NCBI GenBank assembly: GCA_050251875.1
Contig: JBFWMA010000006.1
Coordinates: 96,001 to 160,000 of the forward strand
Length of the DNA: 64,000 nucleotides
Direction of reading: 5' to 3'
Origin: Deferribacterales bacterium
GTDB lineage: Bacteria > Chrysiogenota > Deferribacteres > Deferribacterales > Geovibrionaceae
Part shown: piece by piece, positions 26,991 through 39,049 of the stretch
Layout: each line of letters begins with the position of its first letter
Position numbering within the stretch: position 1 is the stretch's first letter
Program-made: the position numbers and the translations under genes
Notes under the pieces: generated by a model
The model's input: the letters and a program-made list of their open reading frames with translations, nothing else
Told to the model about the DNA's origin: nothing
Database searches by the model: none

Positions 26991-29261
26991 ATGGCAAATA
27001 ACCGGAATATGTCCGTAAGTTTTAAACTCACGGCAATAACACTGGCGGGGCTTGTCGCTCTCGCCCTTATAGTCACCATTGTTTCAGTCAGCAGCAGCAA
27101 ATCAAGTCTTCTGGAAAGCAACCTCATGAAGCTGGATTCCATTTCCCAGTCACAGTATCACGCTATTGAGATGTACGCAAAGAATATAACTTCTTCTCTC
27201 AATGTTATCGCCACACAGGAAGGCACGATGGTGGCTGTGGAGGATTTCACAGACGGGTTCGCTAAGATCGGCGACTATATCAAAACACCTGAAGACGAGC
27301 TCGATTCGCTTCTGACCTCTATGTATGACAGCGAGTTCATAGGCAAAGTGAACTATCAGGTTCTTAATTCCCAGCCGAAGAAATCCACAGCGGAGTATCT
27401 GCCCTCCAGCTACACCGGAAAGCTGGTACAGCAGATCATGATTCAGGAAAACCCTGACAAAAGCAACAAGATGAAGATGGAGAGAGCATCTCACATCTGC
27501 TCTTACTGCACCACACACTCACAGTATCACCACCAGTTCAGAAGTATTCTGAACGAACTCGACCTCTTCGATATTTTCCTGATAGACATGGACGGAAACG
27601 TTGTTTACACGGTTTCCAAAGATATAGATCTCGGATCAAACCTCACAGAAGGCTACATGAAAGAAACCGGGCTCGGCAGACTCTTTGCCAAGATGAGCAA
27701 AAACCAGTCCGCTGATGTTATGTTCGAGGATTTCGCTCCCTATACCCCCAGCCTTAACAAACCCAGCGCCTTCGCCGGAACTCAGGTAGCGGTGGACGGC
27801 GACAGAATCGGATATCTGGTATTTCAGATCAATTCCGATGTGATGAACAGCATCATGAACTTTAACGACAAATATAAAGAAGCGGGTCTCGGCGAGACAG
27901 GACAGGCTTATCTGGTGGGTTCAGACAGCTATATGCGCTCCAAAAACAGGTTTGCCGAAACCATCACAGACGAGAACGTGAAAGCCGCCGGCACAACAAT
28001 AGCCACCATGAAAGTAACCACTCCTCAGGTGGAAAAAGCCCTTGCCGGAGAGACAGGATCGATGGAATCAGTATCATATGACGGCACCCCTGTTCTGGTT
28101 TCATATACCTCCGTTCCTTTCTTCTCATCCAACTACGGAATCATAATGGAAATGTCCAGAAATGAGGCTCTGGCTAAGGCATACAGCCTTAGAAACATGA
28201 TAATAATCACATCTCTTCTGGTGACTGTGATCGCCACTGCGGCGGTTCTTTTCTTCATCAAGCTGATAGTGATAAGCAAGATTAAACATCTCACAGTAAT
28301 CACAAAAGACATAGCCACAGGAGACGGCGACCTGACACAGAGAATACCCGTTTCCACTCACGATGAGATCGGCGAGCTGTCCGGCTATTTCAATAAATTT
28401 ATAGAGAACGTGGGCAACATCGTCCGTGACGTACAGCATTCAGCCGACTCAGTGGCGAGAGGTACAAGCAACCTCGCCTCCACCACAGAAGAGCTGAACA
28501 TGACATTCAACGAGCAGGCGCACAACATCTCCGGAGTCGCCAGCGCCATGGAAGAGCTGAACGCCACCACAATGGAGATAATGGACAACTGCCAGTCAGC
28601 CATGAGCAAGGCTCAGGCGGCGGCGGGCGTCACAGCCACAGGTAAAGATAAAATCATGCAGAGCGTTCAGAAGATCGGGGATATCAAGCAGAGAACAGCT
28701 GAGCTGGGCTTAACCATCAGCAACCTGTCTGAATCATCCGACAAGATCGCAGACATTATAAACGTTATTAACGATATAGCAGATCAGACCAACCTTCTGG
28801 CGCTTAACGCCGCTATTGAGGCGGCAAGAGCCGGAGAAGCCGGAAGAGGCTTTGCCGTGGTGGCTGACGAGGTAAGAAAACTGGCTGAGAGAACAACCAG
28901 CGCCACAGGTGAGATTTACTCTATTATCAACGAGTTTCAGTCTGAAACAAAATCCGCCACATCTAACATGCAGAGCGCAGAACAGTCTGTTAACGCCGGT
29001 GTGGATATCATGCAGCAGACAAGCTCGGTTTTCGACACCATCGTTTCCTCAGTTACAGAGATAGAAGACGCAAACACCGCCATCAACCACTCTATCACAG
29101 AGCAGATGGCGACCATAGATTCCGTCAACGGCGATATCCAGACTCTGGCTTCCAGCGTTGAGGAGAGCACAACAGCTCTGGCAGAGGTTACCAACACTCT
29201 GTCTTCTCAGGAACAGGACGCAACCGGACTGCAATCCATGGTAAACAAGTTTAAGGTATAA
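26991..29261 (+). CDS. Methyl-accepting chemotaxis protein with large periplasmic Cache-like sensor and HAMP domain
   Basis: Two TM helices, GDLTQRI..DEIGEL (HAMP), [38 protein letters not shown]. Confidence 0.96.
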   Translation: MANNRNMSVSFKLTAITLAGLVALALIVTIVSVSSSKSSLLESNLMKLDSISQSQYHAIEMYAKNITSSLNVIATQEGTMVAVEDFTDGFAKIGDYIKTPEDELDSLLTSMYDSEFIGKVNYQVLNSQPKKSTAEYLPSSYTGKLVQQIMIQENPDKSNKMKMERASHICSYCTTHSQYHHQFRSILNELDLFDIFLIDMDGNVVYTVSKDIDLGSNLTEGYMKETGLGRLFAKMSKNQSADVMFEDFAPYTPSLNKPSAFAGTQVAVDGDRIGYLVFQINSDVMNSIMNFNDKYKEAGLGETGQAYLVGSDSYMRSKNRFAETITDENVKAAGTTIATMKVTTPQVEKALAGETGSMESVSYDGTPVLVSYTSVPFFSSNYGIIMEMSRNEALAKAYSLRNMIIITSLLVTVIATAAVLFFIKLIVISKIKHLTVITKDIATGDGDLTQRIPVSTHDEIGELSGYFNKFIENVGNIVRDVQHSADSVARGTSNLASTTEELNMTFNEQAHNISGVASAMEELNATTMEIMDNCQSAMSKAQAAAGVTATGKDKIMQSVQKIGDIKQRTAELGLTISNLSESSDKIADIINVINDIADQTNLLALNAAIEAARAGEAGRGFAVVADEVRKLAERTTSATGEIYSIINEFQSETKSATSNMQSAEQSVNAGVDIMQQTSSVFDTIVSSVTEIEDANTAINHSITEQMATIDSVNGDIQTLASSVEESTTALAEVTNTLSSQEQDATGLQSMVNKFKV

Positions 29262-29284
29262 AAAATTACTTCAGATGAAATCAT

Positions 29285-29312
29285 AAAGCCCGCTGATATG
29301 CGGGCTTTTTTT
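29285..29312. terminator. Intrinsic terminator between MCP and LysE
   Basis: AAAGCCCGC-N6-GCGGGCTTTTTTT. Confidence 0.85.
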
Positions 29313-29916
29313 ATGCTTTTTTAAGAATGAGGAAGCTGCCGACACCTATCAAGGCGGCGCCAGCAAGTTTATTAAGTGCCTTGCCCGAGCGTTTTGTTAT
29401 CATCTTTCCTGTCTTATGCGCCACAATGGCGTATGTTCCCATGATTACAGAGATAACCATAGACACAAGACCTGCCACTATGAATATATCCGCTGTAGTC
29501 AGCTTAGACAGATCCATGAAGTTAGGCAGAAAACCGCAGTACATGATAATGACCTTCGGGTTGGATATCGTGATGAAGAAACCTGTAATAAAACTGTTTT
29601 TCCTCTTAGCCGTCTCTGCGGAGGAACTCTCCTTCTTCGACATCAGAATCTTAAACCCGAGATACAGAAGATATATCCCGCCTGCCACCCTTACAATGTA
29701 GAAAAACTGACCCAGAACGCTCGCCATCACAGCCAGACCGAACACGGCGAACAGCAGATATACCATGTCTCCGCATATCATCCCCAGAATGTAGTAAGCA
29801 GCGCTCTTCAGCCCGTTTTTCATGCTCTGTGCCACACAGCCCAGCATGCCGGGACCGGGGCTTGCCACGAACAGCGAAAGCGCCAGAACAAAAGCGATGG
29901 ATGAGTGAATAGTCAT
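29311..29916 (-). CDS. LysE/RhtB-family amino acid exporter
   Basis: SPGP, GGIYLLYLG, ISNPK motifs. Confidence 0.9.
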   Translation of the reverse strand: MTIHSSIAFVLALSLFVASPGPGMLGCVAQSMKNGLKSAAYYILGMICGDMVYLLFAVFGLAVMASVLGQFFYIVRVAGGIYLLYLGFKILMSKKESSSAETAKRKNSFITGFFITISNPKVIIMYCGFLPNFMDLSKLTTADIFIVAGLVSMVISVIMGTYAIVAHKTGKMITKRSGKALNKLAGAALIGVGSFLILKKA

Positions 29917-29933
29917 TTCTTGCCCCTTAAAGC

Positions 29934-29960
29934 AAAAAGGCAGACCCGAGGGTCTGCCTT
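29934..29960 (-). terminator. Intrinsic terminator of the atp operon
   Basis: AAGGCAGACCC/GGGTCTGCCTT stem with T tract on the minus strand. Confidence 0.85.
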
Positions 29961-29981
29961 ATAAGTTGTTTGTGAAAGAAG

Positions 29982-30406
29982 TTACTTGGCTCCTCTGTAC
30001 TTCTCAGCGATCTGCACTCGGATAAGCTCTTTCATAAGCTCGATCTCTACAGCTTTGAAATTTTTCTCATCGCTTTTGCGTTCCTGTTCCAGAGCCGCTT
30101 CAGCTTTAAGTTTTCTTTCAATAGCCTTATCGAGGTCGATCTCACGGCCAAGTTCGGCATCGTCAGCAAGAACGATAACCTTGTTGTCGTTAACTTCAAG
30201 GAAACCGCCGCCAACTATAGCGACATAGTCCAGCTTGCCTTTAACTCTGTATGCAAGCTCTCCTACTCTCAAAGCCGTAAGGAGAGGTGCGTGTTCGGGC
30301 AGAACGCCAAGATCGCCCTCAACGCCGGGTGCTATCACTTCGTCTACATCTTCGGAGAGAATTTGTCTCACCGGAGTAACAAGTTCAAGCCTGATTGTCT
30401 CTGCCA

Positions 30407-30407
<1 letters not shown>
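29982..30407 (-). CDS. atpC: F1Fo ATP synthase epsilon subunit
   Basis: LELVTP, GDLGVLPEHAPL, GGFLEV; operon position. Confidence 0.97.
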
Positions 30408-31828
<1,421 letters not shown>

Positions 31829-31845
31829 TTATTGTAATTTTTATA

Positions 31846-32706
31846 CTATCCGTTGAGTGCTTCAGCACCGTTCACAATGTCCAGAATCTCGTTGGTGATC
31901 GCTCCCTGACGTGCCTTGTTGAAGGTCAGAGTCAGTTTGTTGATAACCTCGCCGGCATTTCTGGCGGCGTTGTCCATAGCGACCATCCTTGAACCGTGTT
32001 CCCCTGCTATTGATTCCAGCAGAGAGAAGTATACGGTAAAATTGATGTATCTGGGCAGAATCTCTTTCAGAAGAGCTTCGGCTTTGGGCTCATAGATATA
32101 ATCTGTGGTTTCCGCAGCTTCTGCCTTCTCGATAGAGAGAGGTAAAACCTTTGTCACTTTCGCAACCTGAAAGGCTGTAGACTTGAACTCGTTATGAATG
32201 ATATGGATCTCGTCCACATCCTCATTCATGTAGTAGTCTGCAAGTTTCTGACCGATTTCAGATGCTTCGTCGTAAGTAATCTTTCCGCCGAAAGAGACAT
32301 ACTTGGAGAGAACTTCAAACTCTTTCTTGCCGAGGAAATCGTAAGCCTTTTTCCCAATGCATACGAGTTTGATGTTAACGCCTTTGTTTTCCCTTGCGAA
32401 CGCAAGCGTCTTTTTTACCACGTTTGAGTTGAACGCACCGCAAAGACCCTTGTCGCTGGTTATAATGGCGAGGCATACATTTCTGACCTCTTTTCTCGCT
32501 GTGAGATAGGGGTGGCTGTCAGCCTCTACCCTGTCAGCCATATTGCCGACAAGTTCGTAAATCTTATTAGCATAAGATCTGGCATTCTTCATGGCATCTT
32601 CCGCCTTTCTCATTCTGGCGGCAGAAACCATCTTCATAGCCTTTGTGATCTTCTGCGTATTTTTAACGGATTTGATTTTCCGTTTTATATCCATTATACC
32701 AGGCAT
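31846..32706 (-). CDS. atpG: F1Fo ATP synthase gamma subunit
   Basis: KITKAMKMVSA, DKGLCGAFN, RQGAITNEI. Confidence 0.98.
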   Translation of the reverse strand: MPGIMDIKRKIKSVKNTQKITKAMKMVSAARMRKAEDAMKNARSYANKIYELVGNMADRVEADSHPYLTARKEVRNVCLAIITSDKGLCGAFNSNVVKKTLAFARENKGVNIKLVCIGKKAYDFLGKKEFEVLSKYVSFGGKITYDEASEIGQKLADYYMNEDVDEIHIIHNEFKSTAFQVAKVTKVLPLSIEKAEAAETTDYIYEPKAEALLKEILPRYINFTVYFSLLESIAGEHGSRMVAMDNAARNAGEVINKLTLTFNKARQGAITNEILDIVNGAEALNG

Positions 32707-32716
32707 TTACTGCTCC

Positions 32717-34225
32717 TTATGCTGAGAAGATCTTTTTAAACTCCGCAACAGCAGCTTTCATTTTTGCTGTAAGCTCATCGGAGATTTTCTTCTCAGAAAT
32801 GATCTCGTTCAGTATCTCAGCTTTGTTGCTCTTGAGATATGAAAGATACTCAGTCTCGAATTTGGCGAGAGCTGAAGTAGCGACATCATCCAGAAGTCCG
32901 TTAACACCCGCGAATATGATTGCGATCTGCTCTGCTACGTTGAAAGGTTTGTACTGACCCTGTTTCAGGATCTCAACCAGTTTAGCACCTCTGTTCAGCT
33001 GTGCCTGTGTAGCGGCATCAAGGTCAGAACCGAACTGAGCGAAAGCCGCCAGCTCACGGAACTGAGCGAGGTCAAGTCTCAGACGTCCGGCTACCTGTTT
33101 CATAGCCTTGATCTGGGCAGAACCACCAACCCTTGATACTGAGATACCAACGTTAACAGCGGGACGGATACCTGAGTAGAAAAGGTCTGACTCAAGGAAT
33201 ATCTGACCGTCTGTAATAGAAATAACGTTAGTAGGAATATATGCGGAAACGTCACTCGCCTGTGTTTCGATGATGGGCAGAGCTGTAAGTGAGCCTGCGC
33301 CTTCAGCGTCTGACAGTTTAGCAGCTCTTTCGAGCAGACGTGAGTGAAGGTAGAATACGTCGCCGGGGAAGGCTTCACGGCCGGGAGGACGTCTCAGAAG
33401 CAGTGACATCTGTCTGTAAGCTGTCGCCTGTTTTGAAAGGTCATCATAGATAACAAGGGCGTGTTTGCCTCTGTCTCTGAAATATTCACCCATAGTAGTT
33501 CCTGCGAGGGGAGCGATATACTGCATGGGCGCGGGGTCTGAAGCAGAAGCTGATACCACGATAGTGTAGTCCATAGCTCCGTGTTTCTCCAGAACGTCCA
33601 CAACTCTGGCCACTGTTGATCTTTTCTGACCTACAGCAACATAAACGCATATCATGTCCTGACCTTTCTGGTTGATGATAGTATCGATAGCGATAGCTGT
33701 CTTACCAGTCTGACGGTCACCGATGATAAGTTCCCTCTGACCACGACCGATCGGGATCATAGAGTCGATAGCCTTGATACCTGTCTGAACAGGCTCGTGT
33801 ACGGGCTGTCTTTTGATGATACCGGGAGCAACTTTCTCGATAACATCGAATTCTTTAGTGTCAATGGCGCCTTTGCCGTCTATAGGCTGACCAAGAGCGT
33901 TAACAACGCGTCCGATCATTGCTTCGCCGACAGGAACAGAAGCGATTCTGCCTGTTCTTTTTACAGTGTCTCCCTCACCAATGTGCTGGAAGTCACCCAT
34001 AATAACGATACCGACATTGTCTTCTTCAAGGTTGAAAACGATGCCGTAAACTCCGCCGGGCAGCTCTAAAAGTTCGCCTGCCATCGCGTTGTCGAGACCA
34101 TATACTTTAGCGATACCGTCACCTGCTGAAATGATAGTACCGACTTCCTGCATCTCAACTTTCTGGTCGAAGTTCTTAATCTGATCACGAATGATCTGGC
34201 TTATCTCTTCGGCTTTGATCTGCAT
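32717..34225 (-). CDS. atpA: F1Fo ATP synthase alpha subunit
   Basis: [31 protein letters not shown]. Confidence 0.99.
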   Translation of the reverse strand: MQIKAEEISQIIRDQIKNFDQKVEMQEVGTIISAGDGIAKVYGLDNAMAGELLELPGGVYGIVFNLEEDNVGIVIMGDFQHIGEGDTVKRTGRIASVPVGEAMIGRVVNALGQPIDGKGAIDTKEFDVIEKVAPGIIKRQPVHEPVQTGIKAIDSMIPIGRGQRELIIGDRQTGKTAIAIDTIINQKGQDMICVYVAVGQKRSTVARVVDVLEKHGAMDYTIVVSASASDPAPMQYIAPLAGTTMGEYFRDRGKHALVIYDDLSKQATAYRQMSLLLRRPPGREAFPGDVFYLHSRLLERAAKLSDAEGAGSLTALPIIETQASDVSAYIPTNVISITDGQIFLESDLFYSGIRPAVNVGISVSRVGGSAQIKAMKQVAGRLRLDLAQFRELAAFAQFGSDLDAATQAQLNRGAKLVEILKQGQYKPFNVAEQIAIIFAGVNGLLDDVATSALAKFETEYLSYLKSNKAEILNEIISEKKISDELTAKMKAAVAEFKKIFSA

Positions 34226-34248
34226 ACAGCCAATCTCCTTAACTTTAT

Positions 34249-34785
34249 TTATACCAACTGTTCTTTAATCTTGTTCAGCTGCCCTCTGACGCTGGCGTCA
34301 TACAGACTGCTCTCTACCTGAGCCACAACACCGCCGAGGATGGTTGAGTCAACCTTCTCTTTGAGTGTTATTTTCTTACCTGTTATTTTATCGAGAGTCT
34401 GTTTAAGGGCTTGTTTAGATGTCTCATCCATAGAGACCGCAACAGTAACGAAAGCCTCGGCTTCGCCTTTGGCTCTTCTGTTCATTGAGGCAACTTCTTT
34501 TGTGATGAGTTCCAGCAGGCTGAGCCTGTTCTTAGCCACCAGCAGAGTGAGGAATTTGTAAAGAAATTCATCAACGATGCCTTTTGACTTAAGAACGTCA
34601 ACCACTGCCTGTTTCTCCTCTTTTTTAATCAGAGGGCTCTTTATCAGGGTTTTGAAATCCGCCGCGGTCTCATAGAGTCCGCTGACAACATCAAGCTGTG
34701 TCAGAACCTGCTCCAGCTTGTTCTCAGATTTCGCCTCCTGAAAGAGTGCTTCGGCGTAACGGCCGGCGATTATGTTCTCTTTCAC
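34249..34785 (-). CDS. atpH: F1Fo ATP synthase delta subunit
   Basis: [13 protein letters not shown]...DASVRGQL. Confidence 0.95.
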   Translation of the reverse strand: MKENIIAGRYAEALFQEAKSENKLEQVLTQLDVVSGLYETAADFKTLIKSPLIKKEEKQAVVDVLKSKGIVDEFLYKFLTLLVAKNRLSLLELITKEVASMNRRAKGEAEAFVTVAVSMDETSKQALKQTLDKITGKKITLKEKVDSTILGGVVAQVESSLYDASVRGQLNKIKEQLV

Positions 34786-35354
34786 CCTGCCACCTCAATT
34801 TTCTTGATGTATTCTTCAAGAAGTTTTTTCTGCTTATCGGAATCGAGTTCTTTTCCGATTTTAGCTTCGGCAGCGGCAATAGCCGCCATCACAGCTTCTT
34901 TTTTCAGCTGTACTTTGGCTCTTTTTACTTCAGACTCAATGAGGTTCTCCGCGAAAGACTTCAGCTTGTCGACCTGTCTTGAGGCATCCTCAACGATCTG
35001 GGCCTTTTCTGCTTCAGCGGCTTTCAGTGATTTTTCCTTCATGGTCTCAAGGTCTTTTTCAAAACCTTTCATCTTGATCTCATATTCCGCCAGCTCGGCT
35101 TTAGCCTTCTCAGACGCTTCCTGAGCGTCTTTGATAGCTTTTTCGATGTCTGCTGTGCGTTTATCAAGGAAATCAAGAAGAGGTTTTTTAGCGAGCTTTA
35201 CAAGGATGTAAACAAGCAGGACAAAAACGAGAACTCTAAAACCGAAGTTTTTCCAGAGCGCTCCCATGTCCACAGCGTGCTCTTCGCCATGTTCAGAAGC
35301 AAACGCCTGAACAGAGAGAAAAGCTGTCGTGAGTGCTGTAAGAACCTTTTTCAC
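34782..35354 (-). CDS. atpF: F1Fo ATP synthase subunit b
   Basis: TM helix, KPL..FLDKR, long coiled coil; operon position. Confidence 0.9.
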   Translation of the reverse strand: MKKVLTALTTAFLSVQAFASEHGEEHAVDMGALWKNFGFRVLVFVLLVYILVKLAKKPLLDFLDKRTADIEKAIKDAQEASEKAKAELAEYEIKMKGFEKDLETMKEKSLKAAEAEKAQIVEDASRQVDKLKSFAENLIESEVKRAKVQLKKEAVMAAIAAAEAKIGKELDSDKQKKLLEEYIKKIEVAG

Positions 35355-35371
35355 TATATCCCCCTAAGGTA

Positions 35372-35794
35372 TTATGCGGAAAGCATTATTCTATCAACAA
35401 TTATATCGGAGATCTCTTTTACCATAGAATCCATCTGAGCTTTAGCCTTCTCAGACTCAGCCTGAATCTCTGATTTGGCTGACTGGATCTTGGCATCGAG
35501 TTCGCTTTTCACAGTGGAGACCATCAGGTTAGCTTCTTTTGTGGCTTCATCTTTGATCTTTTTGTGATATTCGGCGAGCTCAGTTCTCATCTCGGCCATT
35601 TTTGCGGTGTAGTCGGTCTTATACTGTTCCACCTTGGCTTTAAGACCTTCGGCTTCCTGCTTCATGCCGTCTATTTTGGAATCGCGGGTATTGATGGTAC
35701 CCATAACAGGATCCATAATCATTTTCTTACCAAGGTATATAATGATAAGAAACTGTACGATTTGGATGACAAGAGTATAATCGATGTACAGCAT
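35372..35794 (-). CDS. F1Fo ATP synthase subunit b'
   Basis: MLYIDYTLVIQIVQFLII..P...R, coiled coil; ATG 35794 with SD GGAGG preferred. Confidence 0.88.
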   Translation of the reverse strand: MLYIDYTLVIQIVQFLIIIYLGKKMIMDPVMGTINTRDSKIDGMKQEAEGLKAKVEQYKTDYTAKMAEMRTELAEYHKKIKDEATKEANLMVSTVKSELDAKIQSAKSEIQAESEKAKAQMDSMVKEISDIIVDRIMLSA

Positions 35795-36031
35795 GCGCGA
35801 AATCCCCTCCAGTTCTGATTTGAATTTAAAACGGTATTCTGTATACTGTGTACAGGCAGATGTTTTTTTACCAAAACTTGGCCTATAAGTCAATACATAC
35901 TTTGACCTTTTCAGCTCATAAAATCAAACGGATTTTATGAAATTATGTATATTATTTGTTATTATGATTTTATGCTTGCAAGATGTGTTATTTTGTCAAA
36001 TAATAAATTAAATTAATTTCTGGTGGGGATC

Positions 36032-37222
36032 ATGTCGGACAAGTCTTCTTATATCGCGGCGGAGCTGGGCAATATTGTCACAGCCGTTCTGAAAAAGATG
36101 GCGGCGGAAAAATCCAAAGTATCCGCTGTTAACATCAGCTCATATCTTTCTGAAAACAATCAGTATCAGAAACTTGTAAATAACGCGATGACAGGCGGGG
36201 ATAAGTCTGATCTGCTGAAATATGTAACACCTCTGAACGGGTTCGTTCCGGACGCCGGACTCAGAAGCGTGGAAGAGCAGATATTCAGCCAGGACAAAAC
36301 ACACGATGACGCCGTAAACGCCCTTCTGAAAACCCTCACAGACCATGTGCTCACTCTGGAAAAACGCCAGCACAAGATCAGCACATTCATAGAGGACGTA
36401 TTCTCTAAATTCGTCACACTTCAGGCGGATCTGACACACAGCTTCGGAACTAATCTGGAATTCGTGGAAAAAGATCTGGCGATGGACAAAAAACTGCTGA
36501 ACGAAGCGCAGGATATGCACAAAATACTTAAGAGCGAAGACTCTATCGAATATCTGAAATCCAGAATGCTCGAGTCATTCTCATCCTTCGTAAATACCTT
36601 CGGTCAGAAAACGGAAACCAAAAAAGGACATCTGGACGAGATAGCCAAAGAATACTCCAGTGTCAATGACGAGCTGGAACAGTATAAGAAACAGGTCAGC
36701 CAGCTTCAGTGCGACCTTAATAAATATAAGAATGAATCTATAAAAGACCATATGACAGGTCTTTTTAACAGAAAATATATGGATCTGAAACTCAACGAAG
36801 AGATGGAAAGATTCAAACGTCAGGGTCAGCCTTTCTGCATAGTCATGGCAGACATAGACAAATTCAAAAGCGTGAACGACACCTACGGACATCAGGTGGG
36901 CGATCAGGTTCTTAAACATATGGCAAAACTCATTCAGGAGAACATCAGAAAGACAGACTTCGCTTTCCGTTACGGCGGCGAGGAATTCATGATTATACTG
37001 GTGAACGCCGATGTAAGAAACGCCGTCCATGTCTCCGAACAGATCAGAAAAAAGCTGGAAGCAACCAACTTCAGCCTGAAAGACCTGTCGTTCAATGTCA
37101 CAGCCAGCTTCGGCGTGGCTCAGTTCCAGCCTAACGACACACCCGAATCCTGCATCAAACTGGCTGACAGCAGGCTTTACACCGCCAAACAAACCGGAAG
37201 GAATAAGATAGTCAGTCAATAA
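36032..37222 (+). CDS. Cytoplasmic diguanylate cyclase (coiled coil plus GGDEF)
   Basis: DHMTGLFNR, DIDKFKSVNDTYGHQVGD, I-site RKTD, active-site GGEEF. Confidence 0.95.
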   Translation: MSDKSSYIAAELGNIVTAVLKKMAAEKSKVSAVNISSYLSENNQYQKLVNNAMTGGDKSDLLKYVTPLNGFVPDAGLRSVEEQIFSQDKTHDDAVNALLKTLTDHVLTLEKRQHKISTFIEDVFSKFVTLQADLTHSFGTNLEFVEKDLAMDKKLLNEAQDMHKILKSEDSIEYLKSRMLESFSSFVNTFGQKTETKKGHLDEIAKEYSSVNDELEQYKKQVSQLQCDLNKYKNESIKDHMTGLFNRKYMDLKLNEEMERFKRQGQPFCIVMADIDKFKSVNDTYGHQVGDQVLKHMAKLIQENIRKTDFAFRYGGEEFMIILVNADVRNAVHVSEQIRKKLEATNFSLKDLSFNVTASFGVAQFQPNDTPESCIKLADSRLYTAKQTGRNKIVSQ

Positions 37223-37230
37223 AAATCAGT

Positions 37231-37671
37231 TCACAGTTTTTCTGTGAGCCGGCTCAAAACCTGAAGAGCGCTATTCAGCTCTTCCTCCGTAAATCCGTCC
37301 GCAAGCCCGTTTGCCCACGGGATCTGTCTCTGCATAACCAGATGAAACAGCCGCCTGCCCTCTTCTGTGGGCTTAACCAGTTTCGCCCTTTTATGATAAG
37401 GGTTCTCGGCATATTCCACCTGCCCGTCCTTCTCCATCATATCTGCCACACGCTGAACAGCCTGTCTTGTCAGCCCCATTCTGGCGGATATTTTGGCAAC
37501 AGTCATGTCGTCTTCGTCAAAATATATCAGCGAACCGAGAACATCCCATCTGGCGTTGGTCAGCCCCAGGTCTTTCGACATCCTGTCGCCGTCCTGCCTC
37601 ATCTGTCCCGCGGCTCTTATCACATTTAATATGATGGATGTCAGAATCCTGCCCTTCTCTGTGTGTTCCAT
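37231..37671 (-). CDS. MarR-family regulator
   Basis: GLTNARWDVLG, GLTRQAVQR, NPYHKRAKLV; ATG 37671 with SD GGAG. Confidence 0.92.
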   Translation of the reverse strand: MEHTEKGRILTSIILNVIRAAGQMRQDGDRMSKDLGLTNARWDVLGSLIYFDEDDMTVAKISARMGLTRQAVQRVADMMEKDGQVEYAENPYHKRAKLVKPTEEGRRLFHLVMQRQIPWANGLADGFTEEELNSALQVLSRLTEKL

Positions 37672-37690
37672 TGCGTCTCCAGAATTATCT

Positions 37691-37725
37691 TGACAAGATA
37701 TTGTCATTATGACAGTGTATTGTCA
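37691..37725. promoter_or_regulatory. Tandem MarR-type operator palindromes
   Basis: TGACAA-GATA-TTGTCA (37691-37706) and TGACA-GTGTAT-TGTCA (37710-37725) between divergent genes. Confidence 0.75.
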
Positions 37726-37746
37726 ATATTAAATCCGGAGTCAGTC

Positions 37747-38250
37747 ATGGTAAAACTCAGCGCAAACGGACAGAAGATACTGAAAACCATCCACCTTTTA
37801 ACAGCGGGCGGCTGGGTGGCGGGCGCCTTTACCCTCACCATCATGTATTTTCTGAAATCAGACATCACAGACGGAGACGTCCTCTACGGCGTTAACCTCA
37901 GTATGCACTTCATAGACAATATGCTGGTGATTATAGTCGGCGCTGTGGGCTGTCTGGTTACGGGGCTTGTCTATTCCGTCTTTACCGGATTCGGCTTCTT
38001 TAAACACCGCTGGATCATCTTCAAATGGATAGTGACAGTCTCCTGCATACTCTTCGGCACATTCTATCTGGGAGTATGGGAAACCAACATGACAGAGATA
38101 TCAGGCAGACTCAGAGACGGAGCTTTCACCGATCCCGCATATCTTTATAACCAGAAGATGCAGTTCATCTACGGCGCAGTTCAGCTCCTGATTCTTATAA
38201 TCACGGTATTTGTCTCTGTGTTCAAACCCTGGAAAAAGAAGACTAGATAA
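37747..38250 (+). CDS. Four-helix membrane protein (DUF2269-like)
   Basis: LKTIHLL..GGW, HRWIIFKW, SVFKPW; ATG 37747 with SD GGAG. Confidence 0.7.
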   Translation: MVKLSANGQKILKTIHLLTAGGWVAGAFTLTIMYFLKSDITDGDVLYGVNLSMHFIDNMLVIIVGAVGCLVTGLVYSVFTGFGFFKHRWIIFKWIVTVSCILFGTFYLGVWETNMTEISGRLRDGAFTDPAYLYNQKMQFIYGAVQLLILIITVFVSVFKPWKKKTR

Positions 38251-39049
38251 CCATTCCGTCATACGCCACGAAGGTGTTGGCGAACTGGCGGCGTGCCATG
38301 ATGCCCATCTCGTCCAGCGTGATGTCGTCATAGTCCGGGTTGTGGTGTGTCAGAACAAGATTTTTCACATTCGCTTTTTTCACGAATTCGATACCCTGCT
38401 GATATGTGGAATGTCCCCAGCCCACTCTGCTCATGCCTGATTTTCCGGCGTATTCATCCGGGTGATATGTGGTGTCGTATATCAGATAATCGCATCCGCA
38501 GGCAAACTCTATCAGAAAATCATCCACCGGTGTTCCGTGTTCATAGTCGGATGTGAACAGAACGGATTTGTCGGGATAAATAATCTTATACATCATAACG
38601 CCGTCCGGGTGGTTGCCCTCTGCGGCGTGGATATCTATTCCGGGGAAAGAGAACTGATCGCCTGTGTCGATCAGGTTCATTGAAATCTCCGCCCTCAGCT
38701 TGTTTCTGGGCACGGGGAAGAACGGAGGATTAAACAGCACTTCCAGAATATCTGTGGACTGAAGAGACGGTTTATTCTCCAGATAGATGTGAATCTTTTT
38801 CTTATGATTGTAAAAAGCCTGAAAAATCGGCACACCCACGATGTGATCCCAGTGCAGGTGAGTAAGAAATATATGGTATTCCTCGAAATTGTTGTATTTG
38901 TTCAGGCTCATAATGCCTGTTCCGCCGTCAAAGATAATGCATGATCTTTCATCGATGGGCGTCATCAGACAGGTGGTGTTCCCGCCGTATTTGACAAACC
39001 GCTGTCCGGAGACAGGAAGCGTGCCTCTGGTTCCCAGAAGATAGAGCAT
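38243..39049 (-). CDS. MBL-fold metallo-hydrolase (RNase Z/phosphodiesterase-like)
   Basis: LGTRG, YGGNTTC, DGGTG, THLHWDH, GWGHS, THHNP. Confidence 0.9.
   Translation of the reverse strand: MLYLLGTRGTLPVSGQRFVKYGGNTTCLMTPIDERSCIIFDGGTGIMSLNKYNNFEEYHIFLTHLHWDHIVGVPIFQAFYNHKKKIHIYLENKPSLQSTDILEVLFNPPFFPVPRNKLRAEISMNLIDTGDQFSFPGIDIHAAEGNHPDGVMMYKIIYPDKSVLFTSDYEHGTPVDDFLIEFACGCDYLIYDTTYHPDEYAGKSGMSRVGWGHSTYQQGIEFVKKANVKNLVLTHHNPDYDDITLDEMGIMARRQFANTFVAYDGMVI

Noticed and set aside
27495..27520. c-type heme site in the MCP
   Set aside because: The sequence is CSYCT, not CxxCH.
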